Part shown: positions 13,501 through 25,500 of the stretch, in pieces
Layout of the letters: every line of letters begins with the position of its first letter
Numbering within the stretch: the stretch's first letter is position 1
Origin: Fimbriosthenelais zetlandica
Taxonomy: Eukaryota
DNA length: 64,000 nucleotides
Direction of reading: 5' to 3'
Assembly: GCA_977030845.1 (NCBI GenBank)
Contig: OZ365112.1
Coordinates: 22,754,001-22,818,000 of the forward strand
Notes under the pieces: model-generated
The model's database searches: none
What the model saw: only the letters and a program-made list of their open reading frames with translations
Told to the model about the DNA's origin: nothing
Position numbers and translations under genes: made by a program

Positions 13501-16500
13501 CAAAGAGAATGAAGAGACACGGGAGAATGAGTTGTGAGAGGTAGGTCCTCAAGTCACGCCTGTTGTGGTTGAATCGTTTGGTCAGTAATGCTCGAAGCTG
13601 TCTCGTTTTTAACCGAGCACCTGTGATCTTGGTATGACCCTTCATCGGGCCAGGGGTGCCAACATCTATAGCTACCTCAGCAAAATCTGTAAGAAAATAG
13701 ATTTAGAATTCATAACCTTTCCTGAACCATGTTCGAAAATCTACGACTTACTATAGATTTATTACCTTTGTATACTTTTTGTATACTTACTGCAGATAGG
13801 TATGTCACCTTTGGATGTGGCATGATGCTTAGGCGTACTTTTCCTTAGTTGACTTCCCCTGTCAGAAACGCTGCCTCGTCCACTGTCACTACAACTACCT
13901 GCCTCTCCCCGAACCAGCGTCCATTCACGCATCTTGTCAGCTTCCAGAGGCAAGCCACTTTCTGCCATGGTGGTCAGTTTGAGGAAGATCTAAAGTAGGG
14001 TAAACGTTTGGTGAAAACATATTCAATAGATCACATTTATATAGCAGACTAAATCATGAGAAGTGTAGATCTGAGCAAGTGATGAAGGGATGGCCATGAA
14101 CACTTACTTCCTCTAGGGTGGTGTCAGAAACACCATATTTGTGGATGAGGAGTTCCTCCTTGGCCAGCTCGAGGTTGACAAACATGTCCCGGAAGGCCTG
14201 TACCTGACCATCAGAGGTAGGTAACATAAAGGTCATCTCTGAACCTATCTCCTCTACCAGCCGGGCACCAGGGATGTAACCCTGGATAAACTCTAATACC
14301 TTATGTGCATCACACTCCTCTGTAAAACAAAGGGAGAACTTTAAACTAGTGGCAAGAGTCATGGAATAAGAATACCCCGATCAATATAGTCAAAAGTTAC
14401 GTATTTGGCGTTTAGAAAGCTTTGAGGGTTTGATATTGCCATTAAGATATATTGTGGTAGACTTACCTATGATTGAGTCCCCAGCAGCTTGTTCATTTTG
14501 CGCCTAAAAATAAGCAAGATATGATCATGAAATCAAGAAAAGAATGATGAATATCTAAGAACATGTTGATGAATGTACCAGTAAGTTTTAAAGTTATGCC
14601 TGCGAGTCAAAGAGCAGCTTTACCTTGAGTCGGGGTTGCAGCTTGGCTATGGTGAGATTATAGCCACTACCATACTCTGATTTGAGGAAGAGAGGGGATC
14701 CGGAGCAGACCAGTTCGCCCTACAGACACACAAGGAATGAAGATATTAAAACTGAGAGGAAGTTAACTGGCTCTGGGAATTTGTAATTTTCAGATAGCCG
14801 ATCTTCTTTCTACTCTATAAATTGTTTTATCAAGACTAGTATTCAAGTACTGTAATCTAGAACATACCTGGTGGAGAACAACTATGCGGTCACCAATAAT
14901 TTCAGCCTCATCTAAGTGATGGGTGCTGAGCACAATCGTACGACCTGAAGAAAAACAAATTGTCAAACATACATGTGGCATGAATAGAGTCGGAATATAG
15001 ACATTTTTTAAAACCCACTTCTGTGCTGCATAGTTGTTAGAGTTATTTGTCATTTGTGGGTCTATTCTATAAACCTATTACAGTTGATGCTGTTGGCTGG
15101 CAGTGGCCTTGTCACCTATGATTGACTCACCCTCTCTATGGTCGACGATAAGATCCCAGATGAGTCTGCGGGCTGAGGGATCCACGCCGCTGGTGGGTTC
15201 ATCCAGAATAACCACTTTAGATCCTCCAATAAATGCCAGGGCTACTGATAGACGACGTCTCTGTCCTCCTGATAGCTGAGATACTGTAGTAGAGATCTCC
15301 TTCTGGAGTCCTATCTTATTAATCATACTGAAAAATAGTCAATATTCCTGTCTTAATACACTGAAAAACATGTTGAAAAGAAATTCAGGAAATCAGAGAA
15401 TTACCAGAAATTTTAAAAGGAGAAATGATAACTAACATTTTGACCTCGTCATTAGCTTCCTCTTTGGTGAGTTGACCTTTGGCTTTACAGAAGAATTCCA
15501 TGTGTTCCAGGACGGTCATGTGTTCAAACAAGACGTCATGCTGGGGACAGAATCCTAACGTCGTTTTTAGCTCTGAGTTCTGTGCTAAGATGTCATAACC
15601 CGAGACATAAGCAGTACCGGACGTGGGTGGGAAGATCCCAGTCAACATATGGCTGTCAAACAGAAACATGTATACATGTTATGTAATAACCCATTGTGAC
15701 TGTAGCAATCTGAGCTTGAAATTCTGCAGCTTTTCAAAGTACTACTATGATTGAATAGTACTAGACATGTTAGGTACTTACATGGTGGTTGATTTTCCTG
15801 CTCCATTATGACCGAGGAAGGCCGTTATCTGTCCCTGGTAGAAGTTGACACTGAGATTATTGACAGCAGGTCTCTGTCCTGATCGGTACTTCTTGGTGAG
15901 GTGATGTAAAGACACTCCCACAGGCAGGTCGACTGGGTCAGGCTCACCTGGACCTGCGGCCAGAAATATAGATATTAATAACAACTCATACCTAGAAAGA
16001 ACATGAGTCTAATCCACATGACAATATTTAATACGACCAAGCTGCAACTGGATAAACATTGCAAGGCAAGTCTTAGTTAAATTCATCTTAAATAAAAGAA
16101 ACATTAAGACAACTACACATGATATTTAAGTCTATCAATGTTGATTCTATGAGGTTCTATTTGGGGATCAAGGTGAGGAGTCAACGCATGGAGGAAATGA
16201 GTGATTTTTGATATCAAAATATTGTTTGAAAATAATATATTTTGAATCATAGAAAGACTTTGAAAGGTGACGAGTCTTTGTGGTGGAAAGATATTGTGAA
16301 ATAAATTCATGCTGCACAAAGATGCCTTGGATTTCTAATGGGAAACTCTATCAGAAAACTGGAGCAACGAATATACATTATTAATATTCAATTAATTTAT
16401 TATTGGGATGCACTTATAAGGTACTAAACACTGTAAAAGTGACCATTATTAATAGAACTGGGTCCTAGTTCAGCTGAGAACTCGTGATATGTGCTACATT

Positions 16501-19500
16501 AGCCCGCGTATCTTGAACCTGCAAACCGCAGTTTTATCGTCCAAATACGTGGAGGAATAATACTATTATATTGTTCAATAAATTTATTTCACTATCAAAT
16601 AATGGCCTGTTTTTACAGTGTAATTTCTCCACTAGTAAGCCTCTCTTGTTTATCAATGCGTGATATAGAAACTACATGTGTGGTAGTCTGTGCCTGATAA
16701 ACCAAAATTCATCAATTCTTTACCAAGAATCACATTTTCAAGATTAAGCTTAGAACTCTTGCTCAGAGAAGCTTGTCTCTGTTTCTCCTCTATCAAACGT
16801 GAGGGAGTGATATACATCAGACTAGTACTAGCTTCGGTGGTCATTCGGCCTAAAGGGGCAAAGAGAACATATTGAGGACTACTAAAACTACACAACGTAC
16901 AACAATGGACCTACACAAGCCATTTGTATACACGTAACTTCTGCTGCAACTACAAAAGCTAGATTTACACACGATCCAAACAATCCAACTTATTTCAATG
17001 TAATGACTGTATACCTCAAAGGTTATCTAAATGGGTTTGGATTTTCGGTAGAAAAATTGGCAGCAAAATAGTTGCAGCAGGCGTTATTGAAAAAAAATGA
17101 TAACAGTTTATTGAGCATTCCTATAAGGTCTTTAGGTATGGTAATAATAATGAAGGGGGTATGCATGGGGTTTTCTATACAGGATACTATCTATGTGAAG
17201 CGGAACTGCCAATAATCTACAGCTTGTGGGTATATTCTGCATGCATAATAAACCGGACCTTGTGGAATGAGAGAGTGAGGGAGACTTTGGTAAGTGTCTT
17301 CACTGGCGGCATCTTCTTGGTAGGCAGCATTGGTGGCTGTGAAATAAGGACAAAAATGTACACACCACCACAACAGGTGCGGAAATCAACAGATGAATGG
17401 TAAATGGGAGAGAAAAAGAGGAAACCCTGACAGTAAAAGGAGCCACATTGGGAAATATATTAAGGCATAAATAAGAAAGAGAGTGAATGGTTCTGAAATA
17501 GATTGAAACATATTGCAAGATTGGATGATGAGCTGATGTTGGGTGAGCGAGGATGAGAGAGAAATACTCTGATAGCAGGGAAGTTTAAGCTTACTGTCGT
17601 CAAGATCAAGGAACCAGGCTGCAAACCACAACCCTAAAACAAGACAGTTGTCGTGTCTACACCAGTCTTATTGTGTTATCTTCATCACTAATCATTTCTT
17701 AGTTAAAACTGACACACATAGGGATTAGGTTCACATTGTAACAATTAATGAAAAGGTTCAAATGCTGTACATGTATTAAAAAATTAATTTAATTTAAAAA
17801 TGGTTCAAAATGGTATGATAACCCACTAAAAACATCTAAGACTATTATGTATCTACCTGTATAACATACGGCTGGATGGACAGTAATATACCAGTAGAAA
17901 TTACATAATTATCTTTTTATGAATTTAAACAACCTGGAAAATACCTCAAGTATAAAAAGAATTGTTTCTCTCTCTCACAAATATTCATCAATTGAACTTA
18001 TATTTAACTAAAACTAAATATCAACTTACCTTGTGTGTGGTCAATGTATTTCATGGGCTTTGATCTACGGCTCATTTCGTTCTGTCCCTGACCATAATTT
18101 TTAGGTTTCTTACATCCCCAGTAGCTCGGGGATAAGGGGAAATACCAGGGCTGGGCTTGACCGAATTTCCCTGTGGGATAAAGAGCAGGAGAACATACAT
18201 TAATATGTTGGTACTATTATCTGCCATATTATAAGCCGAGACCCAGACTTGGACCTCAAATTCCAATGCAGCAGGGGTGCATGTCCAGCGCTTCCCACTT
18301 TGCAACCTTTTCTCAATCAGTGAAGCATGGCCAATACCGAATCGGCTAAAAGCGATGGCCTGGGAAATAATAAAGTAAAACTTACCGGGATTTATGTGTG
18401 AAATATACCAGGCTAGAAGACCATATACAGCCCCATCTATGAGCATCATATACTGAGTCCAGGCAAAGGTGAAACCATGATAACCAAAGTCAGTATTGTG
18501 CCAGTGTATGCCGATACTGCGCTGCTCCAAGTCAGACATCATCTGTCCTGCATAGCTGAAGGCACATGTACTGGAAATGCACTGAAAACAAGATAACGAC
18601 TTTAGTATTAGATCAAACTGTTGTCCCAAATGGATTCCTATTAATATATATTAGACTACATAATAATTTCTAATTAAAGAAAGGTTTACGTACCACAATA
18701 ACCATGTACCCGAATACCATATCAACATAAACGCCCACCACAATGATATAGGGCAGGTAGGACATCAGGTAGATAAGCAGGCCAGTGAGAGAGGCCATGG
18801 TGGCCCTTTGGAACAATGACGAGATGAAATAGCTGGAATGGGAAATGATTAATTGTTATACCACCGAGAAAAAATGATCAACACAAGAGATTTATATCTC
18901 AATATGATGAATTGATGGTTAATGAGATTTGATGGCATTAATGGAAAATGGTAAGAGGTATCAAGCCTAGAAGTTATTGATGTATCATATATCATAATCA
19001 TTTATAACAATTCATAATCATTTTTCTGGGTGTCCCAGAAAACTGTCGAGGGGCACCCAGGTAAATCAATAAAGACCTATATGAGCTTGTATAGATGGAG
19101 GCTTACCTGAGCATACATGCGGAGAATGAGAAGTTGACAAGACAGAGGTAGATGATCAGCGTGTTGGAGTACCTCATGAGCTGACCAACTTTGAGGAAGA
19201 ATGTAATAATACCCGCCACAGCCAGAGCCATGATGACGGTAGGCACAAACCAGGACAGCCAGGACAGGGATCCACGAAGACCCATCACCTTCATCAACTA
19301 CAAAGGTCAAGAGAAATACGTCAGATAACAACAAGTTGGTGGCAGTTTTATGTCCGCCTCTGTGGATGGCACCTATGGCAGGGGGTGTCTATTTGTTGTT
19401 GAAAAGAAGATCTGAAGGCATACCTGATTCATGCCAGACTCCTTGTCCTTCATGAGAAGTGTGATGGCTGTACCCATAGCAAACAACCAGGCTAATGTCA

Positions 19501-22500
19501 TGGCTATAGGGAAGTAGTAACGACTGATGTAATGAGAGAAGCTGGAAGATGAGAAGATCATGATTAATGACCCTGTTCCTTCATATGGCGCCCATAATCA
19601 ATTGCATGTACATGTAGTAGCATAAGCAAAATTATATTGTTTTGATGTCAAATTTATACTCACTCGTCCTGTTCATAGCATGGGTAGGGCATCTGTTGGA
19701 CCTCTATTTTAGGATAAACCACATTGTCTCCCGCCTGTAGTCGTATGAAAGCTCTCTCTATCATGTCCTCCATGGGAAGAAAGCCGCGCAGATAGCGCAG
19801 GTCCTCAGCAAAGTTATCTTCTGGTCCTGCCTTGAATATCCTACAATAGTATGTGTGAATATCTTAAAACAACCATCCAAGAAGCAACGTTTAAAAGGTC
19901 AAAAAGTCATCAAATCCAAAACCATTGAACCCAGGTTTTATTTCTGGCTCAATCCCATAGTTAATAAAGAAATCTGATATACCGGTACCCTACATTTAAA
20001 ACCCAACCATTGTTATGACACATGATCCTTTTTTTGGTTTAGACTAACGTGTGCTGTAAAGCAGAACTTCCACTAACTGACTAAGGCAATTTTTCAAAAT
20101 TGATTTGAAGAATAAACCCACTTTAGTGGACTTTACTAAATTATTCAGTGTAGTGCATGATTTTTTTCCAGATTAGTAAATGATCCACCAATCTGGAGGA
20201 CCATTAATAGTGGAGGTCCTGCTAAACTTTGTTGTTGCTACGCTGTGAACAGTTAGCTACACATATATTGGATCCGACATATTTTAAGCAAATTATGAGA
20301 TCAATTAAAACAAATGATTCCTACTAGAACCGAGATTAAAACATGGCTGAAGCGTTATAGCATCAGAATTGTCCTAACCCTTGGTAACAACATTTGGCAT
20401 CAAGACTTGATTTCCAATAGTTTGGAATTACTGCATATGTAGGTCTTTTCATTAACTTTGCAATGATAGTGCCCTCTTTAAAATCACAAATGTTACTTAT
20501 AATTTCTTAACTTTCTGTTACTCTGTGTGTGAATTCTGTCATTGAAAATTAAGTCTTGAAGCATTCGTGAGTACGTGTTTGAATACATGAAATGCATGCA
20601 AAATATCCTCGGTCCAGGTTTGTTCACAAGGTTCCAGCCACAATGAAGAAGCAACAAATAAAACATGCACAATTATATGGCGTGAGATCACCACTGAGCC
20701 TGTGATGCAAGAAGCGAACATCAACAAAACAAATACAGTATAACACCAGAAGGGAGATAATATAACAATATAAAATGGTATGTGGAAATTCTTGATTCTT
20801 TTACCGATCATCCTGGTATGTCAACTCGGTGCGCATCAGATCATCAGCCCTGAAAAAGCGGTTATAATTTATACTTAATAGAGGGATAAGGACAAAGATA
20901 TAGTAAATAGTAACAGATAAAGACTTAAAAGAAGGTTCATGCATGGCCAATAAGAATTTAAATTACGCATAACGTATAGAGTGTGTATAAGAAATTATAG
21001 TTATCCAATGAACTTAATCAGTAAATTAATGTTCATTGGGTACAGAAAAGTCTTCAAGGAAATCAAAAAGTAATCAAAACCCCAGTGATGTCAATGATGA
21101 ACAAAGAGGTAATTATATAGAAATATTATGGAATGTGAGGACCCGACCTTTTTTCATGGTTTAATTAACCGAAGACAACCTGAACCATAAATTTACAAAA
21201 TTGTAGAACCACGTTTAGAACCATCACCACGACGTTGGCCACCAACTACATCATTATTCCGTGCAAGTCTATGATAATTACTATTATACCATAAGCTATA
21301 CAGGTACAAATGGTGAAGCCACCGACACCAAATATGACACCAGCATATATATAATTAGTTTATTCATTATTATATATTCTAATTTAATAATTAAAAAAAC
21401 AAGACTGATATCATAATGGATGACACCATGATGAATATTACAATAAATTTTAAAACCGTCTTTTATAAGCCACCCATGCATGTTAAAATGAGGTAAGAAA
21501 TGAAAGTTGCTAAAGCAAAAGACAGTTAAAGAAGAGGTCTGTTTCCAGAGACATTTTGCTAGAGGGAAAGAACAGAAAAGCCAATTGCATATATACATGA
21601 CAACACATGTATCGAAAACATACCGAGATGAGAGGAGACTGGAAGAACGAAAAATGAAGCAGATGCTATATTATAAATCACAATTATCAACATATCAGCG
21701 AACGCATGTATTCCCTCATGTAGTCCCAAGACGTTCTGATGACAGCCTTGAAGATTTCCCTCTGGATCTAATTGGTATTTTTTAATTAATAGCCCTTTAT
21801 AGTGGAGGAACCATACATCGGATGTCAGTGGAGGCTGTGAGTGGACAAGTTTACATGTTAATGCAATATAACTTATCATAAGCAAGGACAAAGTCATAGT
21901 GGAACACACTGCTGCAGACTGTACACTGGTGAAAATAAACAGAAAGAAATGATGATCAGTTCTTATACTTCAGTAGATGAGAATCAATCTCGTCTTCCGC
22001 AACTGAACGCAAACGTAATGAATTAATCCTGAAAATTTTAGTGACAAGTTAGATTAGTAATAAAACATCTTTGGAACATGCTATGATATACAGTACATGC
22101 TACAAAGTATATGTTGCGCAAATACAGATATATGCTACAATCCTGTGGGCAATAGTCTGAATCATGAAAAAATCAACAGGTACCGGGTAATAAAAGGTCA
22201 TAGAATGAACAGGGCAACATATAAAAGGGGTACAAGAATACTATAAAAGATCAATTTTGACTGCAAGACTGCAACAATATTTTGGTAATCTACCTTTCTT
22301 TGTAATACTCTGTATCAGGCACGTTGTCAGTGTCCATCCGTATCTTATATTTGAGATGTTTGGGTAGCCAGTCTTTGGTGAATGTCTCATTGTTACTTCC
22401 TGTATCACGACGCTTCCGTGTCTGGCTGGAGTAGGCCGGTGCCTCATCCAAATTCATGAATACAACTCCTGCAAGCAAATATGTATATTAGTATTATCAT

Positions 22501-25500
22501 CATCATTAGGAAATTTTTCCACTTAATTTTCTCAGAAATAAATTATTCTATCAGACATTTTTTTTATATTCTGTCAGAAAATTTTACAAACTATACGGAA
22601 CAGATCTTCTGAAGTAGAAAAGCAATCAATGCATTATTTCCCCATGGTTTACAGACATGAGTAAGTTTGAAGTGATATAAATGAGTGAGTTAATGAGCTT
22701 GTGAGAGGTGTGACAACATCATACCTGCTAGTAACTTGTTGTGTTTAGTCAGACTCTGTGACCAGGAGACGAGATCACCTTCATCTTTCACACCGACCAC
22801 CTTGATATTGATACACTGTGTCATGTTGTGCATCAGTTCAGCCAGTACAGTCAGTGACTCTAGATCACCTGATGATAGCGCTTCTAACGAGCTGAGCTGA
22901 TCTAACAGGTCCGCACCTTCTATACCAGCCATCTCATACATGGCACTGCTGATGAATGGGTTACTTAGTGACGACTGAAAAACAAACAATGTTAGAAACA
23001 GTTGAGCAGGTTCCCATTGAACTGAAAATAGGACTATTCCACAGTGGACTCCAAGAAAAGGATTACATGTACATTAGGTAGAGACATTGATATTACTAAC
23101 TACATAACATATCAGAGGTAGCATTTAAAATCACTAACATCCTATTCAACAAGCTATACAGAAAACAGGAAAGATTTAATATGCCTGTCAATCATACATT
23201 TACTAGTCAAAATGAGTATCTGTACTTCCAGGTCTTACTTAACAATGGAACAGGTGAGGTATGTTATTATACCTACTTATATCTACATATTTTTTTATCC
23301 TATTGGTAACGTTAACTAAAATAGCCACTAAAAAATAAAAAATAGCCTCTTAACTATAAACAATCTAAAAATTTCCATATCATGCTTGGGAATTATACTT
23401 GGGCTGTGCAATGATTTCACAGGTCTGTGTCCTATACTTCTATGGTTCTAGTCATCATGTGGACTATGTGTAAGGAGAGTACCGGTACATGTGGATCTAT
23501 TTGTGATCATTGACAATACCCAACATCAGGTATCTCTATCGTTATTGCTTTGCTAAGACTGTTGCAGAGTGCATAAGATTCGTGCAGATAGAGAATGACT
23601 GATGTGAATTGAGATTGGTAAAAGAAAAATCTTAACAATATAGAGATATTGAAAGGAAGAACAGTGGAGACTACAAGGACGTAAGACATCCTGAGGGAAG
23701 GTTGAATTTATATTTGTTGTCTTTACCGTAAGGTTTTCCTGCGATGACATCAAAAGCAAATATTAGTTAACCAGATGTTTGATTGACATTGAAGTATTTT
23801 TAGCTGACCTACTTTTAAACATTTCCTACCTACATTTCCTGTTTAGTTATGCATGTACTAGGCATAAGTATAGAAGTAGCTTTACATAGAAGTAGATATA
23901 AGTAAGAGCAGACAGAATTATAGAGATATCTAAATGATCAAAATAATTGTAAGTAAAACATAAAAAATTAAAGTACCTTCAGGATTTCTTGGTTCTCACT
24001 TCCAGAACCAAAATCGCTGAGTGAACCCATGCCATCCATCCAGGCCTTGGTCATATCAGTTATATTTTTAATGGCGTCATCAACCCACACAGCCTGAAAA
24101 CCAGTAAAGAATTATGTAATTTTGAATAATGAAGCGGTGATAAAAATTGGCAAGGTAGGCCTATATATAATGTTTGACATTTTCCAAGTTCTTTTGAATG
24201 AGATGACACTGACCTCATCCATGATGACTTTAGCTGCTGGGGTGTCAGGACTGTAGAGTATTGTACCAATAATGAGAGGCTTAACAAAACTCCAAGCCAC
24301 TCTTCCTGTCACTCCAGATGACACAATTTGTTTATACATATCAATACAAAACTCAGCTGAAACAAAGCAGAACCAATGAGACAATGCCTTGCATAAGGTA
24401 AGAAAGAATAAGCTGAGAGAAAGGAATAGAGAATAACAACTTACTTTTAAGTTCCTCCATATCAGCTAATGCGTCATCTGTCCATTGGGCATCATCTGGG
24501 AGGGCCTTAGCACCAGAGTTGATGTTAAATTCATCTTGAATGGAGAAAGCTGAAGTCTGTCCACAAAGTAGGTTGCTCAGGGTAGATACCGAATTAGCCG
24601 CTAGACAAATGAAAAGCAGTCAAGTACATGTATATATCACACTGTAGTTGATAACGTAGGATTCTCATGTAGGTCCCTTTTGGATAAGAGGAAACTTCAA
24701 CCCCAACCAAATATAGGTTCAGCACAAAAGGTATAATCAGAAAAAACACCTACATGTACTGGAGCCAGGATTTGACACGTTCACAGCTAGAGATAACAGT
24801 GCAGACATGTTGCTCATGCTGTTGGCAATGGACTTTAAGTTTTCCTGGGCTGGCTGGAACCTCTCAACCATAGCCTTAATCTCTTCCTTGGTCAGGTTTG
24901 ATTCTTTCAGGAAGTTGGATGGACTCAGTTTTACAAACTGAAATAAATTAACAATAAGTTTAGAACCAGAATTTGTAATCAGAAAAGGTATCTCTTCTTG
25001 GGGCCAAAAGACAGTTTGACCGAAAATACAAATAGAATTCTGATGAAAATATGACATGGACATACATCTTTGATGAGGCCTCCCACTTCTAGGTTTCCTA
25101 TAATGGTGTCACTGACAGGGGCAGCCTTACTCTCGTCCAGGCCACACAACCCCCGTGAGAGGTGAGCCACTGTGATGTTACTTCCCTCTGGCAGTGTGAT
25201 CAGCTTCCCTAGACGGGCAGGGTCACAGATCAGACCTGGTATATCATGACCCTCAATGTTGAGCAACTGAAAAATAAATGTATATGAAGCATTATCTGAA
25301 TGGTGCTTTATTGGGGAAGCTTTTATGCTTACACTAGGGTTTCTTGATAAATCTTTATTTTTTTTTGTAAAATACCTCCACAAATGAGAAACTTGAGTCG
25401 AGAAGGACTCTGGCCACTTCAGGATCGACTCCAAGTTCCTGGAGCTGTTTAATCACTCTGTCATCCTGCCGAAGCACATCTTTGATATTCACTGCAAGGC

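Noticed and set aside
15954-15995. AG|GT junction (ttctttctag|gtatga) 38 nt before the NBD1 acceptor, as a recursive splice site or alternative acceptor
   Set aside because: Use as an acceptor frameshifts to a stop, and the residual 38-nt intron is too short.
20189-20218. 30-nt symmetric open segment (TSTINGPPD) in the long ECD1 intron
   Set aside because: Both splice sites are weak; within chance expectation.
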